A stretch of DNA of 64,000 nucleotides from positions 26,046,401 to 26,110,400 of the forward strand of contig CM120641.1 in NCBI GenBank assembly GCA_051362555.1, in the 5' to 3' direction. Position 1 is the stretch's first letter. Every line of letters begins with the position of its first letter. The position numbers and the translations under genes are program-made. Source of the DNA: Lingula anatina. Lineage: Eukaryota > Animalia > Brachiopoda. Below, in pieces: positions 15,141-29,665 of the stretch. Under the pieces are notes generated by a model, which saw nothing but the letters and a program-made list of their open reading frames with translations, made no database searches and was not told the DNA's origin.

Positions 15141-18061
15141 CTTCACTCTGTTTCATAACTTTACACAGCAAAGACAACCTGTCAGAAAAGGAATTGTGAA
15201 TGTATTAATTTCCAAATTTATCGAGCCTTTCCAATGGAACGCGTTTCTCGTTCTCACTTTAAGACAACCAATTCCTATGGAGCTTCATAACAGCGCGTCA
15301 GACGATCTGCTTTGAATGTTCGACTAATCATTATTCATTTCATTCCCTTTAATCCAAAATTTGACAGTTACTGTGTCTCTCGATATTCTTTTAAAAGGGC
15401 AGAAGAGGCTTTGGCGATCGGTTAAAACATGGCACTCACGAGAGCCCCAAATCCAGTTGTACTTCAGAAAATCAATACTATAAATTTACGGGAAAATGAA
15501 ATTGAGGACAAATTTAACGTTTTTATACATATTTTTTATACATATTTTTTATACATATTATACTGGCAGAGTAGAACATAATATTGGTCTCTGACTGAAT
15601 GGTAAACAACGTCACCCGAAATTAAGCGTCACCCATAAAGATATTTCATTTTTGGCCACAACCTAGTAGATTGTCTCCCGACAACATTGCTCATCAAGCG
15701 TTTTAAAGTGTTCGATTCAGCCTGCTTACATTGTAAGATCTGATACCAAGTTTGTTTAAAGGGTCACTGAACATTTCATGTGCATGAAAAGAACATTTTT
15801 AGAATATAATTTTTACATTCGGCAAAAAAATAAATAATAATAATAATAATTAATAAAATAAAATAAAAAGAGAGACAAAGCCCAAGAGAACTTGTTTCAA
15901 TAATTGAGGAATGCCAGACACAGTTTCAAACCATTTTCACGATGAAATGGCTTTTTCTTCCAAAGTTTAGATGTGAGTCTCTTTCATTTGTCTTCTTAGA
16001 AAATGCAGAAATCTCTAGACAGAAAACGAAAAAGACATTAGGAAATTAACCTGATTTAAGGTAGGCATGGTACATTTATGGATAATGACTGCAGATAACC
16101 CATTGTTTAACTCTGTTCCAATAAGTCGCTTACTTAAACACCCCCAGGACACCCAAACCACTTTTATCATCTTTTTCTGAAGAAAACTAGTTATAATCCG
16201 CTCTGGGCGGGATTCTTTATTCAATAAACACAGTGAACTAAAAAAACTAAACAAAACTACCGCGGATTTATGTATAGATTAAATCAGCCAAAATGTTTGC
16301 ATTATTTAAAAAAAGCATTATGTGAATCCATTCTGAGAACGTAAAACTCACAGTAGAGAAAGTCCACGTTTTTAAGGGGACCTTTGCCTTTTAGTATTCC
16401 ATATTAGATCAACTTCTATAAATATCTAAAAAAAAAAAGCTGACAGCCTATTTTTTTGCTGAGTAAATTAAGATCACAATGACGTAATCGCAATGTCTTA
16501 CAAGATGGAGGGATAATGAATAAAAGACGCCAACTCGATGAGACACTTAATTAACGCTTTTCTCAATTAACTTAACAGTTAGAGATCACACATTTTTAAT
16601 TGATGCAAAGTTGTGTTATAATGAGTGGCACCATTAATGACTTGGCTAGTATTTTTGTCGCCTAAAACGACTATTACGTGGAAAATTTCAAAGCACTACT
16701 TCAGAGGAGGATACAATGCTTCTGAAAGAGACCATATATTTTTATCTTTGCATCTCACATTTTGTTTGTACAAATTTAGACTGACTCACTGTAAATAACA
16801 ATTATCAAACAAAAGAACGGTGAAACCCATTTATCCCTTTCATTGCTTTTCTGCTTTTTAGCAATGCAAGTGTTACCAAACAAATTTCATATGCATGTAA
16901 CAAAACGAAGAAAACGGACAGAAAAAGGAAAAAAGACGGCACGCTAGATTCAAAGTTTGGGAACGTGAATTCCCTAGGATGTTCAAAGTCAAGGAATAGC
17001 GAGAAAGATCTAACGTCGATTCTCAATGTACTCACCTTTGATTGGCACGCTTCACCATAGGGCGACTTCCATGTGACGTGCTAGCATGCCGCTTGCCTCG
17101 TCTTTGACGACTACTCCGGGATCTGGCAAAAGATATCGGGACAGTGTCATACCATAGTTACACCCACAAGTACTTTTAAAGGCTGTGGAATGTTTGATTT
17201 GAGTCTTAGCTGATGTTGCTGTGAACTGTCGGCGTTCTCTTCTTAAGATTCATTCCTCCTACGGGCAATTGAAGGATGACGCATTCGTAATTCATTCAGT
17301 ATTAATGCCATAAAAATTGAAATGGTACTCCAATGTGATATACATTTCTGATAATTGCATTTTATTAGATACTATTAGTTTTAGTACCTAATGCGCTCTT
17401 GGAAAATCGATATAATAGAAGAATTTCTTTCTTTTACATCTTTATTAATCTTGTTTATTCTGTCCATTCTATAGCTGAATGCCTACCGAAGGCATGATAT
17501 ATCATCTGGTAATGAATTCAAAGTAAAAAATCCCATATTTAGGGTGAGCAATCATTGATCAGTGTGTTCAGGTTCACAGACAAAATGTTGCTGCGATTTA
17601 TCATACTAAATTCTACCGACTAAGACAGATTAGACCTATTACTTTCTCTATTGAAAAGGGTGAAATCATATCTGTTATGAATGCAAGGGATTTGGTGACT
17701 GCGGCCCAAGGCCTGGGGATTTGAAATCGCTAAAGATATTCAAAGTGTAGGTGGTTGTTCTGTTTCAATAAAACCAATGGCAAGGGTCCAATACACAGGC
17801 ATGTCTCTCTTATTGCCTTTTTCAATATTCACTGACCTTTGTTTTTGTCTTACTTCAGTGTCTGCAGTTCTGCCGTAATTTAGTCTCCTTAGAATTGGTA
17901 CCAGGCCACGCCGGGACGATCTATGATACGTTTATTGCATCTTGTTTAAGAAAAGGCTTATTTATCATAACAAAGCTGATAGTTGAAAAAGTATAAGATA
18001 AGCGTGGATGAAAACATGACCTTGAATCTCTTGGTAGTTTGGTAAAGCCAAAGTAGAGGTT

Positions 18062-18265
18062 CTTAAACCCCCTTTACACTGGACGGTGTCCTTTCTGCGT
18101 CCTTTGTGCTACCATGAAACTGGCATTGCTGTGGTCGTAATAAGGAGGCACAAGCATCGCTAAGGTTGCCAGTTGTCGGCACGTAAAGTATATTTTTTTT
18201 ACTGTCAAACGGGGCCGTACTGCGAGACGCACAAAGGACGCCGTCCAGTGTAAAGGGGGCTTAAG
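18062..18265. mobile_element. MITE with about 38 bp TIRs (PIF/Harbinger-like)
   Basis: cttaaaccccctttacactggacggtgtcctttctgcgtc ... gacgcacaaaggacgccgtccagtgtaaagggggcttaag, with TTA/TAA-type ends. Confidence 0.65.
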
Positions 18266-19641
18266 GGTGGTGTTCTCTGCCAGAGGCCAACTAGGTGGTG
18301 AATTTGTTGTTGTACGAAAGTTCTCAGCACAGCTAGTGAATACTCGTAGGCAGAGAAATGCCTGTGAACAAAGATCCCTCAGTTCCCCTGGTCGAAGGCC
18401 AAACACTGGTTGTAAAAAGTGTCCCAAGACTATGTCTCTTCCGACACAATATTATGACGTCTTACATATACGTTATCACTTCTGTAGATTAAAACAGTTA
18501 AACTGTACCAAGATTAGATTGCTTTAATTACATTTTGCAAGATTAGCTTTTTTTTACACATTAGTGACAAGAAACTTTAGGTTTGCGTCCGTCTTATAGT
18601 CTTTATATCCCTTTTTATATGGCGCAGATTTTCTGTTTGGGCGCGTATCTGCTCAGCCAACTTCTTAGTTGTAGTCACGAGGAAACATTCAAGATGAAGA
18701 AAAGATGTCGTCCTGATCTGCATGCGTTGTATGAGGTGATCCACTCAAAAGCAGACAACACCTTTAAAACTTATATGTTTTGTGATATATTCTATCATCA
18801 AGACAAGCATTATTAAGAAAAAAAGGATGATTACGAGCACGAACACGAGTTTTCCCAGAAACATCAATGAACACAAGAAAATCGTAACGCTGAGGGCAAA
18901 ACTGAATATATCTGTTTATGAACCTTAAATGAATCATTTTACGTTTTTTATAAGTTAAGCAATATGATCTATCGTAGGATGACGAGGATCCCTTTTTTCT
19001 TGCAATGGAAGCGGATTAAGGTTACATACCCTGAAATATATCATTATATGACATACGTTGAGTTTTTCTTTTATTTTCGTATACATCAAACAATAATATC
19101 TGACAAATACTAAGGACCTATGCTGATCAACACGTCGATAACACATACATTGTAGGGCTGTCATTGTGCTAGGGTACCAATTTTACCTGTTGAAGCAGCT
19201 GGAAGCACTTTTGAGCACAGCTGAAAAATCCTTACATTGGGTGTAGATAGCACCCGGTTCGGAGGGACATTTCGGAGGATAAGCTAGCCAGTGTTTAATA
19301 ATTTAGAATATGATATTCATTTTGCCAAATGGCAATCGAAGCATGAAACTTAACCAAATTGCATTAGATTATGTACTCTTTCATTAGAAACGAACATTAG
19401 CACATGTAACCACACAAAATGCTTGCAGCGCCGTGCGCCTTGGGATAATCTGAGAAAGGATTTTTTGGGGTAATCGAGTTGATGTGTAAAGAAATACCTA
19501 CCCCTTCCAAAACCGATTTTGCAATGGCTTGATGTCTTAAACTTTCACGAATGCGCCCTGCGTACCCGAGTATTCTCTTTTTGGGATTCGAAGCTGCCAA
19601 GTTAGTCTGTCCAACCAATCCAAAACATCAATCTTCCTTAA

Positions 19642-19983
19642 AGGGATAACAACTGTTCATTTTGGCAAAAAAATGGATTTTCCTGGGATAAAGGACAATT
19701 TCCCCATACTAACCAATGGTTACTGAATCCATTCCGACATTCAAAGTTAGTCCCTGTTTTTTTCTAAAAAGTTTTTTTTTGTTTTTTTGTAATATTCTCT
19801 TAAGAGATTATAACATAGTGTAGCAATCTATGGGGGTCACGTGATGTGATGACAAGCACAAATTCCACAATAATCGTGTTAAATGCCGTTTTGTTGGTAA
19901 AATAGAATTTGTTGTATTTCTATAAATTGTTTACAATATATTTATTGTGAAATATGGATATCATACGAACAGTTGTTAGCCCT
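19642..19983. mobile_element. TTAA-flanked MITE, copy 3
   Basis: ttaa|AGGGATAACAACTGTT...AACAGTTGTTAGCCC ttaa, colinear with copy 1 (for example gtcacgtgatgtgatg). Confidence 0.75.
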
Positions 19984-22900
19984 TAAACCTTACCTCTGCG
20001 CCGGTTGTGGGTTTGGTCTCAGACAGGGGGAACACACACGCAGTAATGGCCCTACTCTGTCCGCTTGTAGCTAGAATATCGTTAGACGTCGTGACAGAAT
20101 TATTTGACTCCTCCGCAGACTTCTTTACACTGATCTTGTTTGAACAACCTAAATCTAGCACCGTCAATAAAAATGATTTGATTCCCAATGGAAGCAATCC
20201 CTGGTCCATCATAGACGCATCTGGGGATACTCTTGTTCCAGTAGGGGATTCAGTGGCATGATTCGGCGCTCACATCGAGCATATTGTCAGTTATTCTGAA
20301 TGTACATGGTAAAAGCAATAAGAATAACTCGTGTAAAGGTGACCGTCACTGTTAAATCGGCAATACCTATTATTTTTCCTGGCATTTTAGAGACGCCCTC
20401 GTCAAGGTCTGGGGGTAATTGCAACATCAAGTGGATTTTTCTCCAGGACCTTTTTGATCGGTTGTTTTCTGGTGAAACTTTGCCAAAGAAGATTGAGGCA
20501 ATATTTCCATGTTAAGACAAACGGTGTTGACACACACAGATGGGTTTTGATTATTCTGCAAGCTTCAAAGAACGTGCATGGTTTGAAATAATTTTGCCAA
20601 GTGCTGAATAGCAGATAAAATAGCAAGGTTTGACAAGCCAATGATTTTTTTATTAATTAAAATGACTAAAAATGATATCATGAAACTGTAAAAAAGGGCT
20701 GTAAAAAAGGGCTGTAAAAAAGTTTTTATTCCGAAAATCGTTCAATAAGAAGGTCATATGATTGGTATAATGCCGGGCTTATGTACAAATTGAAGTTGAT
20801 AGACTTGGGTTGTTTTACATGATTGCACATAATGCACATAAAATGTTTTATAGTTAATGTCAACTTCGCAAAAAATACGACTACATGGAAATTACGATAA
20901 CATTGTGATCATAACCGTGGCTTGTACCAGACTATTATTGCGACTATCAAAATAGACATACAACAATTAAGACGATTGCCAATCTTCTTAATTCATTTTG
21001 TCGAAGCTTTGAATCATTTTTCTTGATACCATAATGCAATTAATAAAAATAATAGAACATTCAATGTAATTACTAAATCGCGTTCTTTCTCTGGTCATGC
21101 AAGCCTTTGTTGTCAAATTTATCAAGTTTTGTGGCGGGAACATGCATGTCCAAGGTTATTTGTTGTGGATACATAATTTTCAACGAAAAAGTAATGGGCT
21201 GGTTTGTTTGTGAAAAAACGTCTATGACCGCACTCTCGAATGTCACAATTCCCACATTTCAATCAAAATAAAAACATTTTGTGAGAAGAAATCAACATTA
21301 ACAGCTTTTTTGCTTAGCTTAGACTGTTGGCATATTGCATATATTGGTCTTTGAAAGGCCTGGTTAAAGTTAAATGCAAAACTTGACATACCTAGATGGG
21401 TTATTGTCACTATTGAAAACAAAAATAAAAACCAAAGCAATTCAATCCGCAGGTAGTTATTGACCCAAAACGAGACATCTGAGCGGCCTTTCAGACTTCT
21501 AAACCCTGTACATTTGCTCTGGCCGACTTGCAAATATAGCAGTTTGGCGAAACAAACCTCAATACCCACTGTGACGCTATTTTGTTATATCGGTTATTGA
21601 ATTAGGTCGCTTTACCAACTTGGCGTTTTTGTGGTTTTATTTATTATACATAAAATCAATTTTATGGCTAACACAGTTATTGTAAGTTAATGATTACAGT
21701 ATTAAATTTGCTACTTAGGCAGGGTAGTTAATATTATAAAGTCAAAAGCTGTCTCCTTTTAATATATTCTCATTCCCAGTAGACGCGGTACTACTTATCG
21801 CCGCCGCCACTTATGACGGTCAATCTCATACATTTTTAACTCAGATCTCTGTTGATTTTTTTGTAGATAGTGTCTTGTAGGTTAATGTCGCCAACTTGAC
21901 CCGGTGGGCATTTTATGACGCTAGAAAAGCCTTGTACTTAAAAAAACACCAATTTACATTGATTTGAATTATTTGCCTCATACGAGTGCATTGTGTCATC
22001 TCTTTTGTGCAATTTCTGTTTTTAACTTAGTTGGCGAGATGTAAGGCGCAGTTGTTATGCATCTGTCCATTTAAGTGATAAAAAAATGTCACAGAGGGAA
22101 AACAACGTAGTACGCCCTTAAACTGACAACATACAGCGTAGAAATGAAACCAATATGAATTTCAAGAAACGAGCCCCACACAGCACGTTGTTAATATGAG
22201 CCATCTTCGAAACAATTCAAACGCATATACAGTGGTGAGAATTTACATCGCTGACAATACCAACGTAGTATTTCAAATCGATCGCTGACGCATCTGCTCA
22301 CCGAACCTCTTATAGTTAGTTGCACTCATGAGGAAACTTCTTAGTTCGTTACTTTTGGGAAGAAGTAATAGCCCCGATCTGGATTAATAGACAGAATGTA
22401 TGCGTTGGTTCCCTTGAAAGCAGATAACAACATTAAAACAATGTTTCGAGATATATTGTAATCTGTTTTGTCTTTCTTGGCTAGAAATGTGAAGCTGCAA
22501 CGGTATCGATTTTCGTGGCAGCAAATTGCTTTCCAATGTCTTTAATCTATCAGAATAAAGATGAAATTGTTGCGCTGGCTTTCTTTTCTGGAATACACCG
22601 CTGTCGCGTGCACTTGGGACAATTAATAAGCAGTATTAATGTTTCTCAACAAAAGTGTTTACTTGTTTTGCGGTAACCCGCAACCTTCTTAAAGCTCTTT
22701 CTTCAGACGCTGCGTTCCTTTCAGGCAACTTTCTCTGAAGCTATCAATTCTGTAAAACCTGATCATAGTGCACAGCGTGAATCCAAATGGCGGATGGAAT
22801 GACTCTACACTACCCCTCTCTCAAGAAAAGACAAACAAGATATGCACAGGTTATGCCTTGGTTTTCCCCTTCTTTTCACTGCCTTTATGTAACAAAAATT

Positions 22901-24866
22901 TGCTGTTGGAATGAACGAAGGCATATAATTCAATTTCTGTTATCTCTAACAGTACTGGTAACGCTGCCCAAATGTTGCGCTTGCTTTTTTCAAAAATAAT
23001 TCTGCCGACAGATAAATATCCCCAATGTGCCTTAGGCTTCATTTACGATTTCTTTATTGCTCTAGACACGATTCCCAGTAGGGCGAGGATCAGATATCTT
23101 TTTCTTCATTTATTTATTTGGCACAAGCCCAGAAAATGCCGAGATCAGATGCACTCTATACTTTATAAATGAGACTCCGTTGCACTACATGCATGAAAGT
23201 TTATCCCATCAGCGTTAAGTACAACTTGTTTATGGTAGCTACATTCAGATGACAGGACCAAGGGTCAGACTAATGACCTTAATCTATTGGATTAAGTGAA
23301 CTACAGGCTTGATAAATTAAATGGTCAAAAACTGATAACCGAATAATTTGATTTCTTGTCGAAGGATAGTTCTCTCTAATGGCCCGATGGAAAGAGAAAA
23401 CGCCAGAAGTACATGTATGTATATATACATAATACACCAGGAAAGGAAGTATATGGTATCTTAACGACTTACTTTAGATTTGTAGTAAAAAGATACAAGT
23501 TTTTTCAATTACATATAGGAGTTTTGAATGAAACAATGAAATATGGCGAAATAAAACATTTGCTTTCCAATTCTGTAAGTGTTTTTATTTGATACTGCAT
23601 AATCAATAAGATAAAGAAAGACACTATACACCACAATGTTTTTCATATGATTTTATATCATGGTGAACAAAATATTATGAAATACGATTGTTTCATGCGG
23701 TAGGCTAAGATCTATCGTCTTAAACGCAAACCAGACACACGGTAGCACCTTAAATTAAATATATGTACATGTTCCATACTTAACTCAATGTCTTTAGATA
23801 GGACACCATTCACTGAAATGCCACCACGTTACATGTACAATAAACATTGGTATCCATCATGGACAGGCATATCTTAGGGCCAGTGCTCAATCAGATGATA
23901 GAAATCCGATTTTCGGCCGAAGCCGTATAATAACCAATCCAGAGTATTAATCCCGCTCTGCCGCCAAATCGACTGAAAGGCAGGAAAATCCAACTTTATT
24001 ACCATCATTCCGATTTTTCAAAAAGTTGGGGAATCATGATGCATCGTTGTGTTATAATAGGAAGCTCACACTTCTCTCACATGTAATCAAATTCACCTAA
24101 AATGACGTACATCCAGGAAAATTGATGAAAACGGGAGATTAAGTCAGCTAGCTTGATATTAAGATACCGGGAGTATCTGCTGTTCGATACTTCAAATTCA
24201 ATTTCCTTGATTGTTAGTTGCGTATACTAATAACCATTATATCTGGTACGTCGGGATTTTGGCTTCCCTTTTTACATTATGAGCAAACTGCCTCGTTTTT
24301 TCGTTATTGCGGTTACACAATTCGGTTGAGGAGGATGATGATCTGAACTCTTCTGAGATTTTCTTTCACTTGTGTTATTCCCAACCGACTCGATTATTGG
24401 CACAAGGACTGCGCCAACATGTAATCTATATTTGACTAAAGAATAAATAGATTCTGACCAAAACAGATAATGCGGACTGGAAAGGCCATCATGTGTGCTA
24501 TCTTAAAGACGAAACGCACACGTATATGAATTCTGGCACGATGTACAACTTTATAATACGGATGACATTTATGGATCAAAATTGAAAGAAAACCCTCCAA
24601 AACCCAGCTTTTGCTGCAATCAAAAACACCAAAAACGTTTTAACAGGTGTCTTAATTTTCAGCAGATTATTGCATGATATTTTTCACACCAAAATCATGT
24701 TAAAAGAAAGAGAAAAAAAGACGAGTGAAGATTTTGCAAATGCACGAGTTTTTCTCATCACGATGACGTCACTTTGACACTATGCTTATTGATATGTTTC
24801 ATGCAAAATTGATCTCCGCCCAAGTCCTGCCAGACAATTTGTGAGCAGAACAAACTGTGGAACAAT

Positions 24867-26757
24867 TCAAAATCCATAGTAACACGAATATATCAGACTA
24901 AATATGGTGAAGCACATCGGAAAAAGAACTCTGGAAATTTTGTCCACTTTTCTTGCCTTTTCCCGACCATTTGGATCCTTCACAGTCTCTTCCTTTGACG
25001 TCGATGGACAAGCTTCGTCTAGTTCTTCGCACATGCTGATCTGGGGCTGAAAACAATGTAATTTTGTGAAGTGTGTTGAGCCGCTACGATTCTCAATATT
25101 TGAAAAATAACTAAAAGGTCCCATGCCTTTATTGTAACTGGATAGCGAAAGCGTGTGTTAGTTGCACTATCATCGGTATGGAATAAAGCAATCCATGTTA
25201 AGGTACCGTGCGATATTTGAAAAAAAAAAAAAAACGTTGCTAATTGTCATGGGTTGTTAAACTTACTATAATAACCAACAAAGAAAATGTTTTAGATAAA
25301 TAATTTTCTGTCTTTTTTATACATATTCCCATACTCTCATATACATGTAGATGTCATATTGAAACGCTTACATGTGAGTTCAGTAAAAACAGAACGAACC
25401 TTTTCTTTGGCAGACGGGCATGGCATCGTGATAATCATTTTCCTTCCTCTCGCTGGAGTCGTCACCCTTTTCAGCTTGGGCACCTGTCTTCTTGTAAAAT
25501 TGTTCACCAACGAATACTCGATCAGCGAGGCGAACACAATGATCAAGCACATGGCAAACCAGACATCAATCGCCTTGATGTAGGAAACGCGAGGCTGGGA
25601 CTCTCTCGCCGCAGTGGTCTGGGTGGTGATGGTCAGCACGGTGACCAGGCCGATGGTCACTCTGGCCGGAACGGCGTCGATGTGTATCCAGAAACTGACC
25701 CATGACATGATGACGATGAGTCCGGAGGGAAGGTATATTTGCATTATGTAGTATTCACGATTTCTTGTCAAATGGAAGTCGATGTTTAGGCAGGGGAATG
25801 CGCCTGAAATACAAAAGAAGTATATTATATGGTTGAAGCGAATTTCTTACATGGCGGGGCCTGGTTTTAATCGCTTCTAAACAGATAATTGTTTAGTTTA
25901 AGGCATCCGAATGGGCCATTCCAAATGAAATACCATTGTCAGTTCAGATTTACTAGAATGAATGAGAATTAATCGCCGTTTCTTAAATTATTGCCATCGC
26001 GAATAATATAATATTTAGCATTGCTCAGCGTTTCACGACAACGTTCACGTAAAATTTCAAAGGTTTTTGTTAAATGACCGTCTAGATTCAGCCTTGGAGC
26101 GCGATCTCACCCACCTGCCGTGTAGTTCTGTGAACAGTCTTGGAAGTCCGTCTGATCAAAGCGGTACTCGGGCAACCTCAGACTCGGGTCCTTCTCCACC
26201 GCGTTTGTCATCCATTCGAAGTGCAATGTGTCCATCGTGTTGCCAACTAGAATTTGTAAAATAGGATTGTTCACATTACTGTGAATTGTCTTAAAGCATA
26301 TGATGGTATTACAGCGTTGGTGAGTGGAACCAAGCAAAATGTTAAAATGTTTACCCCATTGCAACAGTTTCAAATAAGATTGATACATATAATTATGTTT
26401 CGACTATAGAAAACATAAGTGTCCTCTCAAACTCCCTTTTCCCGTCAAGATTAAAGATACATATAACCGGACGGTGCCTTACATTAAAGTCGATTCACAA
26501 TTGCCCGTCATCGAATATGTTCCCTTTCGCAAAGAACCGTTATTCCGCTTACCTCGTTTATAGGTCTACACAAAGTGCCTAAGAAAAAAAATGAATCTTT
26601 TAATACTCACAACTCTCCAACATCATTGGACATATCTGTTTGTCTAATGGGTAGTCCTTCAAGTTCATGTGGCAGTCCAAGGTAGCTGTTATTCTAAGCA
26701 ACAGAAACCAGAAAAAGAAAAAAATGAACATCATAAAGCCAAAAAGTGACAGATAGA

Positions 26758-26800
<43 letters not shown>

Positions 26801-29665
26801 ATTAGTAGGGGGATTTGTTATCCATATTGGTAACTCTGGTTCTTTTCACATCAAGCAAATTTCCCTTCACTGGTCTTAAAATCTGAATAAGCTACGTTTT
26901 TTTCCCGCATTTCACAAGTCCCAATGTACGAATCAAAATCAAATGGATTAAATGGCAGGGGGGGCCGTTCAGACGACTCTCTTACGTAATAGATGACTTA
27001 ATATTATGTTGTCGCTCCCTTACAACTGGAGCGTTAAGTCTCCAGAAAACAGTACCGCTTAAGATGAAATATGCCTATTCGCAGTAATAAAACTGCTTGC
27101 AAACCTATAAAACTGCACCAGTTTTATTTTGTGGTTATTACACATTTTCTGTAGACACCGCACACTGGCTTCTGTATTTTTTTATTAAATCAAAGCCAAA
27201 GACAGCCTGACATTTCAAAGAATTTCATTCAATATGCTAAAAATATACATGTATCACTCTGTAGGGTGTGAGGCAATTGGTTCATTTTTGCATCGTGGAC
27301 ATCAATGCAATCGGCAAAATATTAATATCACAAGCAGATTGCTTCACGAGGATAATGAAATAAGAAAATACCAAATATGGCATTTTACAGTCAGTGCCCT
27401 TTCAGTGACCAAGCAAACATCAATACTTGGCACCGAGCTTTAGCAGCCTTTGACAATAAACAAGCATGCGAATGCTGAGGGCAATATGGCGTACTATAAC
27501 TGTCATTTTAATGAGATTGCCACGCTTCACACTCCAGGGGATGGCAAAAGTCAATGGAACAAAGCATTGATTCCGCAGCTTATACTACAGAAAAAAAGAT
27601 GCCATCTCGCCTAAGGACCATTCAATTTCTACTTAAGTTCTTTTATCTTGATGAGACTGATGTATTGGACTTACTTTGTGACATACCATACAGTTCCATT
27701 TGAGTACAAGTACATTAGTCGATTATGAATGGTCACTGTGTGGAAGCTGGCCTTTTTTTCGTTGCGAAAATACACGTCAGGTATCCATATCCTTTGATAG
27801 AAGGTGTTGTCCAATTTAATCATCGTGCCTATACCCAGTGATGCATTTGGCGCGAACGCCAGTCTTGGGTCAGCCCAACTCTGGCGTAAGTATATACTCA
27901 CAGAGTAATCCTAAAAATAATACATATAAATATTGCTAATTCGCTTAATGAATGAAAGACATAGCGGCCACGAAACCATTTTCACGTTAGTAAAAATGAT
28001 TAATTGCACTCGGAAGATGGAGGAAATTGCTCGACAAAAGCATTGATTTTTCAACACCATCTTATGAGAGAATCATAGATTGTGAATAGATACTATTACT
28101 ATCATACTCTCCGAATACATCAGCATTGGAAAAACCGGAAAAAAAGTTATGCGTACCATGGTCTGCTCTCGAATGGAATAAAAGCTGTTCACATACACCC
28201 CTAATTGCACCCTTGTCGATTGGCCTGGAAATAATATAAAATAACTACAGCAGGGCGCTTTTGATATTGATATACTTTTCGTTTTAATCGACAGTAGTTC
28301 ATATTCTCAGCCAGTTTGTACTTAATTTAACAAAGCCGGTTGTGTATGTTATATTGTTGATCTGTACCACAGGGAAAACCTTCAACTAGAATCACGCAAT
28401 ACAATAGCGCGTGATGAACATTGCAACATACTATACAGTTGTGTCGATGGACCTGTTATGATTAAACGCTAGACTTTTTAATCTGAAAAATATGCTTGCC
28501 ACACACAGTATTTGTCACTTATCATCGAGGCCTACTTTGGGAGAGTTATGTGGCTAAAGACAGGCAAATGAAATTTCAGTCGCAAATGCGCCTTCCCGGA
28601 TTGAATTTTTCTATTTGTTCGGACCACTGTACACACATGTACATGAAGTCAGCAGAAAATTAAATTATCAGTTCTTTTCTTTTTAACAGCGACTACAATT
28701 CGTTGAAACACTGTTAACTGCTACAATTTCTACATTTTGCGTCCCCATTGTGTATCTAATATTAGTGTCCGAGTTTTTCTTTTTGTCATCCCAAATATAG
28801 AAGGAAACGCATATAATCGACTGCGTTATAATTAGAAAAAAAGCCTTCGGAATATGATAAATGCATTAACCGATACCATGCTTAGCTCTGAAATTCTATA
28901 GACGGTGAAAAACGGGACATTTATCACCGACGCGCCATTAAACTGGCATGAAATAGTGAGGCAAAATCAATAACGCAGATATTTATTAATGCACCATTAA
29001 TAAAAAAAGTTATTTTTATCTGTTACCTTTTCGGGGCGGTTGTAGTCTGTCATATCCGACAAGAACCTTGTCCAGAAATTCCGTGCTAAATGACAAAAAA
29101 AAATCAGAAACCATGATAGGCAATCAGCCATTATATACTTGATTTAACAGGCACAGTGGCTCCTCATTGAAAAAACTTCGTACTTGTTATTATTTCCCAT
29201 GTTAAGAAGTCTATCATCAGGAACAGAAAGTACGTGTTGCCTAATGTTCAGGGCAGTCAGAATATTACACATGTACTGCCATAATATAGAGATGGTTAAA
29301 GAAATATATTTAAATCAAGATAAATTTAGGTGGAAAAGATGAAAAAGAGGAAAAAATAAGATGTACCTCTAAGATATGGCATCCCTTAATCTTGAAATCT
29401 CTGCATCCCCCCCTTATTGACTTTTAGGGTCCAATTGATATGTGCGTACACTGATACCCATTTCGAATTGGCGTGTGAAGTCAACATATCTACATTGTAT
29501 TGGCCTACACTTGCAACTTAACTAATGTTTGTCAATGAAAGAAATCTTTAAAAACTCACGTAAAGAAAACACGTACATTGTGAGTTCCATCCGGGGTTGA
29601 ACAGCAGCCTCAGTGTTGTGAACAAGGAAGATAATGAAGAAGACAAGGCTTTTTCCAACGGCCAT
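24867..29665 (-). CDS. Cys-loop ligand-gated chloride channel subunit 2 (glycine receptor alpha/GluCl-like), about 416 aa
   Basis: Exons 29665-29577, 29085-29027, 28224-28157, 27910-27675, 26693-26611, 26246-26115, 25803-25400 and 25046(or 25040)-24867 (89/59/68/236/83/132/404/180 nt) splice in frame. Signal peptide MAVGKSLVFFIIFLVHNTEA; Cys-loop CHMNLKDYPLDKQIC; loop C CSQNYTAGAFPC; M2 VPARVTIGLVTVLT; M4 DKISRVLFP. Confidence 0.93.
26757..26802. repeat. (TAAA)n microsatellite
   Basis: About 11 units in an intron of channel 2. Confidence 0.9.
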
